The notes under the pieces: model-generated
Database searches by the model: none
What the model was told of the DNA's origin: nothing
Seen by the model: only the letters and a program-made list of their open reading frames with translations
Assembly: GCA_964016885.1 (NCBI GenBank)
Contig: OZ024741.1
Span: forward strand, 95,046,001 to 95,110,000
DNA: 64,000 nucleotides
Reading direction: 5' to 3'
Origin: Eledone cirrhosa
Taxonomy: Eukaryota
In this document: positions 1-14,336 of the stretch, piece by piece
Layout: each line of letters begins with the position of its first letter
Position numbering within the stretch: position 1 is the first letter of the stretch
Made by a program: the position numbers and the translations under genes

Positions 1-3000
1 TGGAGGTTTACTGTTAGATGTATGGGACTAGTGTCATTGGAGGTTTACTGTTAGATGTATGGGAGTAGTGTCATTGGAGGTTTACTGTTAGATGTATGGG
101 GCTAGTGTCATTGGAGGTTTACTGTTAGATGTATGGGACTAGTGTCATTGGAGGTTTACTGTTAAATGTATGGGACTAGTGTCATTGGAGGTTTACTGTT
201 AGATGTATGGGACTAGTGTCATTGGAGGTTTACTGTTAGATGTATGTGACTAGTGTCATTGGAGGTTTACTGTTAGATGTATGGGGCTAGTGTCATTGGA
301 GGTTTACTGTTAGATGTATGGGACTAGTGTCATTGGAGGTTTACTGTTAAATGTATGGGACTAGTGTCATTGGAGGTTTACTGTTAGATGTATGGGGCTA
401 GTGTCATTGGAGGTTTACTGTTAGATGTATGGGATTAGTGTCATTGGAGGTTTACTGTTAAATGTATGGGACTAGTGTCATTGGAGGTTTACTGTTAGAT
501 GTATGGGACTAGTGTCATTGGAGCTTTACTGTTAGATGTATGGGACTAGTGTCATTGGAGGTTTACTGTTAGATGTATGGGACTAGTGTCATTGGAGGTT
601 TACTGTTAGATGTATGGGACTAGTGTCATTGGAGGTTTACTGTTAGATGTATGGGGCTAGTGTCATTGGAGGTTTACTGTTAGATGTATGGGGCTAGTGT
701 CATTGGAGGTTTACTGTTAAATGTATGGGACTAGTGTCATTGGAGGTTTACTGTTAGATGTATGGGGCTAATGTCATTGGAGGTTTACTGTTAGATGTAT
801 GGGACTAGTGTCATTGGAGGTTTACTGTTAAATGTATGGGACTAGTGTCATTGGAGGTTTACTGTTAGATGTATGGGACTAGTGTCATTGGAGGTTTACT
901 GTTAGATGTATGGGACTAGTGTCATTGGAGGTTTACTGTTAGATGTATGGGGCTAGTGTCATTGGAGGTTTACTGTTAGATGTATGGGATTAGTGTCATT
1001 GGAGGTTTACTGTTAAATGTATGGGACTAGTGTCATTGGAGGTTTACTGTTAGATGTATGGGGCTAATGTCATTGGAGGTTTACTGTTAGATGTATGGGA
1101 CTAGTGTCATTGGAGGTTTACTGTTAGATGTATGTGACTAGTGTCATTGGAGGTTTACTGTTAGATGTATGGGGCTAGTGTCATTGGAGGTTTACTGTTA
1201 GATGTATGGGACTAGTGTCATTGGAGGTTTACTGTTAAATGTATGGGACTAGTGTCATTGGAGGTTTACTGTTAGATGTATGGGACTACTGTCATTGGAG
1301 GTTTACTGTTAGATGTATGGGACTAGTGTCATTGGAGGTTTACTGTTAGATGTATGGGACTAGTGTCATTGGAGGTTTACTGTTAGATGTATGGGACTAG
1401 TGTCATTGGAGGTTTACTGTTAGATGTATGGGAGTAGTGTCATTGGAGGTTTACTGTTAGATGTATGGGGCTAGTGTCATTGGAGGTTTACTGTTAGATG
1501 TATGGGACTAGTGATCTTGGAGGTTTACTGTTAGATGTATGGGGCTAGTGTCATTGGAGGTTTACTGTTAGATGTATGGGACTAGTGTCATTGGAGGTTT
1601 ACTGTTAGATGTATGGGGCTAGTGTCATTGGAGGTTTACTGTTAGATGTATGGGACTAGTGTCATTGGAGGTTTACTGTTAAATGTATGGGGCTAGTGTC
1701 ATTGGAGGTTTACTGTTAGATGTATGGGACTAGTGTCATTGGAGGTTTACTGTTAGATGTATGGGACTAGTGTCATTGGAGGTTTACTGTTAGATGTATG
1801 GGGCTAGTGTCATTGGAGGTTTACTGTTAAATGTATGGGGCTAGTGTCATTGGAGGTTTACTGTTAAATGTATGGGACTAGTGTCATTGGAGGTTAACTG
1901 TTAAATGTATGGGGCTAGTGTCATTGGAGGTTTACTGTTAGATGTATGGGACTAGTGTCATTGGAGGTTTACTGTTAGATGTATGGGACTAGTGTCATTG
2001 GAGGTTTACTGTTAGATGTATGGGGCTAGTGTCATTGGAGGTTTACTGTTAGATGTATGGGGCTAGTGTCATTGGAGGTTTACTGTTAGATGTATGGGAG
2101 TAGTGTCATTGGAGGTTTACTGTTAGATGTATGGGGCTAGTGTCATTGGAGGCTCACTGTTAGATGTATGGGGCTAGTGTCATTGGAGGTTTACTGTTAG
2201 ATGTATGGGGCTAGTGTCATTGGAGGTTTACTGTTAGATGTATGGGGCTAGTGTCATTGGAGGTTTACTGTTAGATGTATGGGACTAGTGTCATTGGAGG
2301 TTTACTGTTAGATGTATGGGACTAGTGTCATTGGAGGTTTACTGTTCAATGTATGGGACTAGTGTCATTGGAGGTTTACTGTTAAATGTATGGGACTAGT
2401 GTCATTGGAGGTTTACTGTTAGATGTATGGGACTAGTGTCATTGGAGGTTTACTGTTAGATGTATGGGAGTAGTGTCATTGGAGGTTTACTGTTAGATGT
2501 ATGGGGCTAGTATCATTGGAGGTTTACTGTTAGATGTATGGGACTAGTGTCATTGGAGATTTACTGTTAAATGTATGGGACTAGTGTCATTGGAGGTTTA
2601 CTGTTAGATGTATGGGACTAGTGTCATTGGAGGTTTACTGTTAGATGTATGTGACTAGTGTCATTGGAGGTTTACTGTTAGATGTATGGGGCTAGTGTCA
2701 TTGGAGGTTTACTGTTAGATGTATGGGACTAGTGTCATTGGAGGTTTACTGTTAAATGTATGGGACTAGTGTCATTGGAGGTTTACTGTTAGATGTATGG
2801 GGCTAGTGTCATTGGAGGTTTACTGTTAGATGTATGGGATTAGTGTCATTGGAGGTTTACTGTTAAATGTATGGGACTAGTGTCATTGGAGGTTTACTGT
2901 TAGATGTATGGGACTAGTGTCATTGGAGGTTTACTGTTAGATGTATGGGACTAGTGTCATTGGAGGTTTACTGTTAGATGTATGGGACTAGTGTCATTGG

Positions 3001-6000
3001 AGGTTTACTGTTAGATGTATGGGACTAGTGTCATTGGAGGTTTACTGTTAGATGTATGGGGCTAGTGTCATTGGAGGTTTACTGTTAGATGTATGGGGCT
3101 AGTGTCATTGGAGGTTTACTGTTAAATGTATGGGACTAGTGTCATTGGAGGTTTACTGTTAGATGTATGGGGCTAATGTCATTGGAGGTTTACTGTTAGA
3201 TGTATGGGACTAGTGTCATTGGAGGTTTACTGTTAAATGTATGGGACTAGTGTCATTGGAGGTTTACTGTTAGATGTATGGGACTAGTGTCATTGGAGGT
3301 TTACTGTTAGATGTATGGGACTAGTGTCATTGGAGGTTTACTGTTAGATGTATGGGGCTAGTGTCATTGGAGGTTTACTGTTAGATGTATGGGATTAGTG
3401 TCATTGGAGGTTTACTGTTAAATGTATGGGACTAGTGTCATTGGAGGTTTACTGTTAGATGTATGGGGCTAATGTCATTGGAGGTTTACTGTTAGATGTA
3501 TGGGACTAGTGTCATTGGAGGTTTACTGTTAAATGTATGGGACTAGTGTCATTGGAGGTTTACTGTTAGATGTATGGGACTAGTGTCATTGGTGGTTTAC
3601 TGTTAGATGTATGGGACTAGTGTCATTGGAGGTTTACTGTTAGATGTATGGGACTAGTGTCATTGGAGGTTTACTGTTAGATGTATGGGGCTAGTGTCAT
3701 TGGAGGTTTACTGTTAGATGTATGGGACTAGTGTCATTGGAGGTTTACTGTTAGCTGTATGGGACTAGTGTCATTGGAGGTTTACTGTTAGATGTATGGG
3801 ACTAGTGTCATTGGAGGTTTACTGTTAGATGTATGGGACTAGAGTCATTGGAGGTTTACTGTTAGATGTATGGGGCTAGTGTCATTGGAGGTTTACTGTT
3901 AGATGTATGGGGCTAGTGTCATTGGAGGTTTACTGTTATATGTATGGGGCTAGTGTCATTGGAGGTTTACTGTTAGATGTATGGGGCTAGTGTCATTGGA
4001 GGTTTACTGTTAGATGTATGGGGCTAGTGTCATTGGAGGTTTACTGTTAGATGTATGGGGCTAGTGTCATTGGAGGTTTACTGTTAAATGTATGGGGCTA
4101 GTGTCATTGGAGGTTTGCTGTTAAATGTACGGAACCTGTGATCTTGGAGGTTTACTGTTAGATGTATGGGACTTGTGACATTGGTGGTTTACTGTTAAAT
4201 GTATGGGGCTAGTGTCATTGGAAGTTTACTGTTAGATGTATGGGGCTAGTGTCATTGGAGGTTTACTGTTAGATGTATGGGGCTAGTGTCATTGCAGGTT
4301 TACTGTTAGAGAACAATGGGGCTAGTGTCATTGGAGGTTTACTGTTAGATGTATGGGACTAGTGATCTTGGAGGTTTACTGTTAGATGTATGGGGCTAGT
4401 GTCATTGGAGGTTTACTGTTAGATGTATGAGGCTAGTGTCATTGGAGGTTTACTGTAAAATGTATGGGGCTAGTGTCATTGAAGGTTTACTGTGAGATGT
4501 ATGGGACTAGTGTCATTGGAGGTTTACTGTTAAATGTATGGGACTAGTGTCATTGGAGGTTTACTGTTAGATGTATGGGGCTAGTGTCATTGGAGGTTTA
4601 CTGTTAGATGTATGGGGCTAGTGTCATTGGAGGTTTACTGTTAGATGTATGGGACTAGTGTCATTGGAGGTTTACCGTTAGATGTATGGGGCTAGTGTCA
4701 TTGGAGGTTTACTGTTAGATGTATGGGGCTAGTGTCATTGGAGGTTTACTGTTAGATGTATGGGGCTAGTGTCATTGGAGGTTTACTGTTAGATGTATGG
4801 GACTAGTGTCATTGGAGGTTTACTGTTAGATGTATGGGGCTAGTGTCATTGGAGGTTTACTGTTAGATGTATGGGACTAGTGTCATTGGAGGTTTACTGT
4901 TAGATGTATGGGGCTAGTGTCATTGGAGGTTTACTGTTAGATGTATGGGGCTAGTGTCATTGGAGGTTTACTGTTAGATGTATGGGAATAGTGTCATTGG
5001 AGGTTTACTGTTAGATGTATGGGACTAGTGTCATTGGAGGTTTACTGTTAGATGTATGGGACTAGTGTCATTGGAGGTTTACTGTTAGATGTATGGGGCT
5101 AGTGTCATTGGAGGTTTACTGTTAGATGTATGGGGCTAGTGTCATTGGAGGTTTACTGTTAGATGTATGGGACTAGTGTCATTGGAGGTTTACTGTTAGA
5201 TGTATGGGACTAGTGTCATTGGAGGTTTACTGTTAGATGTATGGGACTAGTGTCATTGGAGGTTTACTGTTAGATGTATGGGACTAGTGTCATTGGAGGT
5301 TTACTGTTAGATGTATGGGACTAGTGTCATTGGAGGTTTACTGTTAGATGTATGGCACTAGTGTCATTGGAGGTTTACTGTTAGATGTATGGGACTAGTG
5401 TCATTGGAGGTTTACTGTTAGATGTATGGGACTAGTGTCATTGGAGGTTTACTGTTAGATGTATGGGAGTAGTGTCATTGGAGGTTTACTGTTAGATGTA
5501 TGGGGCTAGTGTCATTGGAGGTTTACTGTTAGATGTATGGGATTAGTGTCATTGGAGGTTTACTGTTAAATGTATGGGACTAGTGTCATTGGAGGTTTAC
5601 TGTTAGATGTATGGGACTAGTGTCATTGGAGGTTTACTGTTAGATGTATGGGACTAGTGTCATTGGAGGTTTACTGTTAGATGTATGGGACTAGTGTCAT
5701 TGGAGGTTTACTGTTAGATGTATGGGACTAGTGTCATTGGAGGTTTACTGTTAGATGTATGGGGCTAGTGTCATTGGAGGTTTACTGTTAGATGTATGGG
5801 GCTAGTGTCATTGGAGGTTCACTGTTAAATGTATGGGACTAGTGTCATTGGAGGTTTACTGTTAGATGTATGGGGCTAATGTCATTGGAGGTTTACTGTT
5901 AGATGTATGGGACTAGTGTCATTGGAGGTTTACTGTTAAATGTATGGGACTAGTGTCATTGGAGGTTTACTGTTAGATGTATGGGACTAGTGTCATTGGA

Positions 6001-9000
6001 GGTTTACTGTTAGATGTATGGGACTAGTGTCATTGGAGGTTTACTGTTAGATGTATGGGACTAGTGTCATTGGAGGTTTACTGTTAGATGTATGGGGCTA
6101 GTGTCATTGGAGGTTTACTGTTAGATGTATGGGACTAGTGTCATTGGAGGTTTACTGTTAGCTGTATGGGACTAGTGTCATTGGAGGTTTACTGTTAGAT
6201 GTATGGGACTAGTGTCATTGGAGGTTTACTGTTAGATGTATGGGACTAGAGTCATTGGAGGTTTACTGTTAGATGTATGGGGCTAGTGTCATTGGAGGTT
6301 TACTGTTAGATGTATGGGGCTAGTGTCATTGGAGGTTTACTGTTATATGTATGGGGCTAGTGTCATTGGAGGTTTACTGTTAGATGTATGGGGCTAGTGT
6401 CATTGGAGGTTTACTGTTAGATGTATGGGGCTAGTGTCATTGGAGGTTTACTGTTAGATGTATGGGGCTAGTGTCATTGGAGGTTTACTGTTAAATGTAT
6501 GGGGCTAGTGTCATTGGAGGTTTGCTGTTAAATGTACGGAACCTGTGATCTTGGAGGTTTACTGTTAGATGTATGGGACTTGTGACATTGGTGGTTTACT
6601 GTTAAATGTATGGGGCTAGTGTCATTGGAAGTTTACTGTTAGATGTATGGGGCTAGTGTCATTGGAGGTTTACTGTTAGATGTATGGGGCTAGTGTCATT
6701 GCAGGTTTACTGTTAGAGAACAATGGGGCTAGTGTCATTGGAGGTTTACTGTTAGATGTATGGGACTAGTGATCTTGGAGGTTTACTGTTAGATGTATGG
6801 GGCTAGTGTCATTGGAGGTTTACTGTTAGATGTATGAGGCTAGTGTCATTGGAGGTTTACTGTAAAATGTATGGGGCTAGTGTCATTGAAGGTTTACTGT
6901 GAGATGTATGGGACTAGTGTCATTGGAGGTTTACTGTTAAATGTATGGGACTAGTGTCATTGGAGGTTTACTGTTAGATGTATGGGGCTAGTGTCATTGG
7001 AGGTTTACTGTTAGATGTATGGGGCTAGTGTCATTGGAGGTTTACTGTTAGATGTATGGGGCTAGTGTCATTGGAGGTTTACTGTTAGATGTATGGGGCT
7101 AGTGTCATTGGAGGTTTACTGTTAGATGTATGGGACTAGTGTCATTGGAGGTTTACTGTTAGATGTATGGGGCTAGTGTCATTGGAGGTTTACTGTTAGA
7201 TGTATGGGACTAGTGTCATTGGAGGTTTACTGTTAGATGTATGGGGCTAGTGTCATTGGAGGTTTACTGTTAGATGTATGGGGCTAGTGTCATTGGAGGT
7301 TTACTGTTAGATGTATGGGAATAGTGTCATTGGAGGTTTACTGTTAGATGTATGGGACTAGTGTCATTGGAGGTTTTCTGTTAGATGTATGGGACTAGTG
7401 TCATTTGGAGGTTTACTGTTAGATGTATGGGACTAGTGTCATTGGAGGTTTACTGTTAGATGTATGGGACTAGTGTCATTGGAGGTTTACTGTTAGATGT
7501 ATGGGGCTAGTGTCATTGGAGGTTTACTGTTAGATGTATGGGGCTAGTGTCATTGGAGGTTTACTGTTAGATGTATGGGAATAGTGTCATTGGAGGTTTA
7601 CTGTTAGATGTATGGGGCTAGTGTCATTGGAGGTTTACTGTTAGATGTATGGGAATAGTGTCATTGGAGGTTTACTGTTAGATGTATGGGACTAGTGTCA
7701 TTGGAGGTTTACTGTTAGATGTATGGGACTAGTGTCATTGGAGGTTTACTGTTAGATGTATGGGACTAGTGTCATTGGAGGTTTACTGTTAGATGTATTG
7801 GACTAGTGTCATTGGAGGTTTACTGTTAGATGTATGGGGCTAGTGTCATTGGAGGTTTACTGTTAGCTGTATGGGACTAGTGTCATTGGAGGTTTACTGT
7901 TCAATGTATGGGACTAGTGATCTTGGAGGTTTACTGTTAGATGTATGGCACTAGTGTCATTGGAGGTTTACTGTTAGATGTATGGGACTACTGTCATTGG
8001 AGGTTTACTGTTAGATGTATGGGACTACTGTCATTGGAGGTTTACTGTTAGATGTATGGCACTAGTGTCATTGGAGGTTTACTGTTAGATGTATGGGACT
8101 AGTGTCATTGGAGGTTTACTGTTAGATGTATGGGACTAGTGTCATTGGAGGTTTACTGTTAGATGTATGGGAGTAGTGTCATTGGAGGTTTACTGTTAGA
8201 TGTATGGGACTAGTGTCATTGGAGGTTTACTGTTAGATGTATGGGGCTAGTGTCATTGGAGGTTTACTGTTAAATGTATGGGGCTAGTGTCATTGGAGGT
8301 TTACTGTTAGATGTATGGGACTAGTGATCTTGGAGGTTTACTGTTAGATGTATGGGGCTAGTGTCATTGGAGGTTTACTGTTAGATGTATGGGACTAGTG
8401 TCATTGGAGGTTTACTGTTAGATGTATGGGACTAGTGTCATTGGAGGTTTACTGTTAAATGTATGGGGCTAGTGTCATTGGAGGTTTACTGTTAGATGTA
8501 TGGGGCTAGTGTCATTGGAGGTTTACTGTTAGATGTATGGGACTAGTGTCATTGGAGGTTTACTGTTAGATGTATGGGACTAGTGTCATTGGAGGTTTAC
8601 TGTTAAATGTATGGGGCTAGTGTCATTGGAGGTTTACTGTTAGATGTATGGGACTAGTGTCATTGGAGGTTTACTGTTAGATGTATGGGACTAGTGTCAT
8701 TGGAGGTTTACTGTTAGATGTATGGGACTAGTGTCATTGGATGTTTACTGTTAGATGTATGGGGCTAGTGTCATTGGAGGTTTACTGTTAAATGTATGGG
8801 GCTAGTGTCATTGGAGGTTTACTGTTAGATGTATGGGACTAGTGATCTTGGAGGTTTACTGTTAGATGTATGGGGCTAGTGTCATTGGAGGTTTACTGTT
8901 AGATGTATGGGACTAGTGTCATTGGAGGTTTACTGTTAGATGTATGGGACTAGTGTCATTGGAGGTTTACTGTTAGATGTATGGGGCTAGTGTCATTGGA

Positions 9001-12000
9001 GGTTTACTGTTAAATGTATGGGGCTAGTGTCATTGGAGGTTTACTGTTAGATGTATGGGGCTAGTGTCATTGGAGGTTTACTGTTAGATGTATGGGACTA
9101 GTGTCATTGGAGGTTTACTGTTCAATGTATGGGACTAGTGTCATTGGAGGTTTACTGTTAGATGTATGGGACTAGTGATCTTGGAGGTTTACTGTTAGAT
9201 GTATGGGGCTAGTGTCATTAGAGGTTTACTGTTAGATGTATGGGACTAGTGTCATTGGAGGTTTACTGTTAGATGTATGGGACTAGTGTCATTGGAGGTT
9301 TACTGTTAGATGTATGGGGCTAGTGTCATTGGAGGTTTACTGTTAGATGTATGGGGCTAGTGTCATTGGAGGTTTACTGTTAGATGTATGGGAGTAGTGT
9401 CATTGGAGGTTTACTGTTAGATGTATGGGGCTAGTGTCATTGGAGGCTTACTGTTAGATGTATGGGGCTAGTGTCATTGGAGGTTTACTGTTAGATGTAT
9501 GGGGCTAGTGTCATTGGAGGTTTACTGTTAGATGTATGGGGCTAGTGTCATTGGAGGTTTACTGTTAGATGTATGGGACTAGTGTCATTGGAGGTTTACT
9601 GTTAGATGTATGGGACTAGTGTCATTGGAGGTTTACTGTTCAATGTATGGGACTAGTGTCATTGGAGGTTTACTGTTAAATGTATGGGACTAGTGTCATT
9701 GGAGGTTTACTGTTAGATGTATGGGACTAGTGTCATTGGAGGTTTACTGTTAGATGTATGGGAGTAGTGTCATTGGAGGTTTACTGTTAGATGTATGGGG
9801 CTAGTGTCATTGGAGGTTTACTGTTAGATGTATGGGACTAGTGTCATTGGAGGTTTACTGTTAGATGTATGGGAGTAGTGTCATTGGAGGTTTACTGTTA
9901 GATGTATGGGGCTAGTGTCATTGGAGGTTTACTGTTAGATGTATGGGACTAGTGTCATTGGAGGTTTACTGTTAGATGTATGGGACTAGTGTCATTGGAG
10001 GTTTACTGTTAGATGTATGGGACTAGTGTCATTGGAGGTTTACTGTTAGATGTATGGGGCTAGTGTCATTGGAGGTTTACTGTTAGATGTATGGGGCTAG
10101 TGTCATTGGAGGTTTACTGTTAGATGTATGGGAGTAGTGTCATTGGAGGTTTACTGTTCAATGTATGGGACTAGTGTCATTGGAGGTTTACTGTTAGATG
10201 TATGGGGCTAGTGTCATTGGAGGTTTACTGTTAGATGTATGGGGCTAGTGTCATTGGAGGTTTACTGTTAGATGTATGGGACTAGTGTCATTGGAGGTTT
10301 ACTGTTAGATGTATGGGACTAGTGTCATTGGAGGTTTACTGTTCAATGTATGGGACTAGTGTCATTGGAGGTTTACTGTTAAATGTATGGGACTAGTGTC
10401 ATTGGAGGTTTACTGTTAGATGTATGGGACTAGTGTCATTGGAGGTTTACTGTTAGATGTATGGGACTAGTGTCATTGGAGGTTTACTGTTAGATGTATG
10501 GGACTAGTGTCATTGGAGGTTTACTGTTAGATGTATGGGGCTAGTGATATTGGAGGTTTACTGTTAGATGTATGGGACTAGTGTCATTGGAGGTTTACTG
10601 TTAGATGTATGGGGCTAGTGTCATTGGAGGTTTACTGTTAGATGTATGGGGCTAGTGTCATTGGAGGTTTACTGTTAGATGTATGGGGCTAGTGATATTG
10701 GAGGTTTACTGTTAGATGTATGGGACTAGTGTCATTGGAGGTTTACTGTTAGATGTATGGGACTAGTGTCATTGGAAGTTTACTGTTAAATGTATGGGGC
10801 TAGTGTCATTGGAGGTTTACTGTTAAATGTATGGGGCTAGTGTCATTGGAGGTTTACTGTTAGATGTATGGGGCTAGTGTCATTGGAGGTTTACTGTTAG
10901 ATGTATGGGACTAGTGTCATTGGAGGTTTACTGTTAGATGTATGGGGCTAGTGTCATTGGAGGTTTACTGTTAGATGTATGGGGCTAGTGTCATTGGAGG
11001 TTTACTGTTAAATGTATGAGGCTAGTGTCATTGGAGGTTTGCTGTTAAATGTACGGAACCTGTGATCTTGGAGGTTTACTGTTAGATGTATGGGACTTGT
11101 GACATTGGTGGTTTACTGTTAAATGTATGGGGCTAGTGTCATTGGAAGTTTACTGTTAGATGTATGGGGCTAGTGTCATTGGAGGTTTACTGTTAGATGT
11201 ATGGGGCTAGTGTCATTGCAGGTTTACTGTTAGAGAACAATGGGGCTAGTGTCATTGGAGGTTTACTGTTAGATGTATGGGGCTAGTGACATTGGAGGCT
11301 TACTGTTAGATGTATGGGGCTAGTGTCATTGGAGGTTTACTGTTAGATGTATGGGGCTAGTGTCATTGGAGGTTTACTGTTAGATGTATGGGGCTAGTGT
11401 CATTGGAGATTTACTGTTAGATGTATGGGACTAGTGTCATTGGAGGTTTACTGTTAGATGTATGGGACTAGTGTCATTGGAGGTTTACTGTTCAATGTAT
11501 GGGACTAGTGTCATTGGAGGTTTACTGTTAAATGTATGGGACTAGTGTCATTGGAGGTTTACTGTTAGATGTATGGGGCTAGTGTCATTGGAGGTTTACT
11601 GTTAGATGTATGGGACTAGTGTCATTGGAGGTTTACTGTTAGATGTATGGGACTAGTGTCATTGGAGGTTTACTGTTAGATGTATGGGACTAGTGTCATT
11701 GGAGGTTTACTGTTAGATGTATGGGGCTAGTGATATTGGAGGTTTACTGTTAGATGTATGGGACTAGTGTCATTGGAGGTTTACTGTTAGATGTATGGGA
11801 CTAGTGTCATTGGAAGTTTACTGTTAAATGTATGGGGCTAGTGTCATTGGAGGTTTACTGTTAAATGTATGGGGCTAGTGTCACTGGAGGTTTACTGTTA
11901 GATGTATGGGGCTAGTGTCATTGGAGGTTTACTGTTAGATGTATGGGACTAGTGTCATTGGAGGTTTACTGTTAGATGTATGGGACTAGTGTCATTGGAG

Positions 12001-12562
12001 GTTTACTGTTAGATGTATGGGACTAGTGTCATTGGAGGTTTACTGTTAGATGTATGGGACTAGTGTCATTGGAGGTTTACTGTTAGATGTATGGGACTAG
12101 TGTCATTGGAGGTTTACTGTTAGATGTATGGGGCTAGTGTCATTGGAGGTTTACTGTTAGATGTATGGGGCTAGTATCATTGGAGGTTTACTGTTAGATG
12201 TATGGGGCTAGTGTCATTGGAGGTTTACTGTTAGATGTATGGGACTAGTGTCATTGGAGGTTTACTGTTAGATGTATGGGACTAGTGTCATTGGAGGTTT
12301 ACTGTTAGATGTATGGGACTAGTGTCATTGGAGGTTTACTGTTAGATGTATGGGACTAGTGTCATTGGAGGTTTACTGTTAGATGTATGGGGCTAGTGTC
12401 ACTGGAGGTTTACTGTTAAATGTATGGGGCTAGTGTCATTGGAGGTTTACTGTTAAATGTATGGGGCTAGTGTCATTGGAGGTTTACTGTTAAATGTATG
12501 GGACTAGTGTCATTGGAGGTTTACTGTTAGATGTATGGGGCTAGTGTCATTGGAGGTTTTCT
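1..12562. repeat. 37-bp tandem satellite, about 339 copies, runs off the left edge of the window
   Basis: Unit TGGAGGTTTACTGTTAGATGTATGGG(A/G)CTAGTGTCAT. Phase is exact at 1 and 2221 (60 x 37). The array ends abruptly at about 12562. The ORF track has no ORF here. Confidence 0.99.
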
Positions 12563-13077
12563 AGGAATGTTTGAATTGTGTTTTGATGAGTAGATTATTC
12601 TTTATCATTTACTCTATGTTGATTATAGATAAGATAGTATGTGAAGGAGTGTTTTTTTCTTGCAGAATATATCTAATATATGTTGAGAAAAAAATAAAGC
12701 TGTGTTAATAGTTGAATGGAAATGTCACAAGATATATTGGGTGACGGAAAGGGGAATGTAATAATAGTTTTAGATTCTTAAAGGAAAACAAGTAATTAAT
12801 GAATAATAGGAGTGTCCTGAGACAATTGTTTTCTCTGAGATTTAAAATGCAGTATATTTTAAAGATATTTTTTTTTTATATCCACTAACAAAAGACCAGC
12901 TTGTTTCACTGTGTTGCTTTACAACCACCATGTGATCTTTAAAAATATAGTAATAAATGCTATACAGTTTCTTTAAGAGGAAAATTCACTAGCCCCATAC
13001 ATCTGTATTGGTACAGAATACAGAAACCAGTGGTTATTTTTGCTCAGAACATAGGTACTTGCAGGTGGGTTTGAGAT

Positions 13078-14336
13078 TACTGTATATACTCGAATATAAG
13101 TTGACACTCCTGTCTCCCCCTATTTTATGTCTGAGAAATGGGCAAAAGTCCAAACCCTTTGTATAAACGAGGCAATTAATCAACTCATTATGTTTAGATG
13201 GTTTTGAAATTCTCATGAGTATAAAATATATTTGTGAAGTTTTAATATTTTTATGTTTAAAATGTTTTAAGTGTCATTACATATTGCTTTTTTACCATTT
13301 CATCCATTTTATAAATTTCAACTAATTTCTCAAAATTTTTGTTTATTTCTGGCCACTCAAATGCTGGGAGTACTTTGAAGGCAAAAGATGGAATAAAAGA
13401 ACATTGTATAGGGATACATAAAGTAGAAGAGGGAGGGAGAGACAACAACTAAAGAGAAGGGAGGTGGAGCAAGAAAAATAAAGGACAAGATGAGAACAAC
13501 AAGTCAGAAGTAAGATTTCAATCTTACGTAAGATTGAAAGAAAAAGTATTAATAATTTGGACAAAAACAGTTGGCATGTGTGTGGGTGGGTGTGGTAAAA
13601 TGGAGGGTCAACTTATATTCGAGGTCAATATTTTACAGATTTTAACCAACTTCAAATTCTACGTAAATAAGGTGCTAAAAATCTGGAATGAAACAGTTTT
13701 TCTACGTTTACTACATCGTCATTGGTGTTATTTATTTGACAATATTTCCAACAAATTTTTATAATTTGAACTTTTAATGAATTTAGTAAGCATATACTTT
13801 CTTTTCACTCAAAAATATTATTGACAATTGCCTACAGGTAAAACATTTAAAAATAGTTTAATATATTTAATAAAATCCATACAATATATTTTATAATGAG
13901 TTTTTGGTGGGGTTATGATGGGGTCTTGTGATAGCTGGATTCTAATAATGTTACCCCGGATTAGTAACAAGGCTAGCAGTTGTTTTGTTTACAGTGTGTG
14001 ACGAGGGTTTTAGATTTCTCTCTTGACAAATATGTGTTTTATTATTGCCATGCAATCATACCACATATTATATAAGGTAAGGGTACATTTATTACAATAC
14101 ACTTTTATTATTTTATTATAATAATGTGAATTAAGTTGTTTCAGTAGAAAATATTTGTGTCAATAGTTACCACAGCAGGGGTTAGCCTACCGTCAAAGAT
14201 CTCCCATGCTGACAACTTATCATAAACCACAGGATTTAAAGTTCACATTTTATACCTGGAGTATAAGACAACTCCCTATGTTTTAGGGGATTTTTTTAAA
14301 GTTAAAAGATAGCCTTGTACACCGACATATACGGTA
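13078..14336. mobile_element. Degenerate non-autonomous Tc1/mariner-superfamily (Tc2/pogo-like) DNA transposon
   Basis: Left end TA-CTGTATATACTCGAATATAAG; right end CTTGTACACCGACATATACGG-TA. Internal subterminal copies of the motif at about 13608 (CTTATATTCGAG) and about 14251 (TATACCTGGAGTATAAGAC). Confidence 0.55.

Noticed and set aside
1-12562. 37-bp repeats as a CRISPR array or a repeat-protein gene
   Set aside because: Units are contiguous with no unique spacers, there are no cas genes, the context is eukaryotic, and no ORF spans the array.
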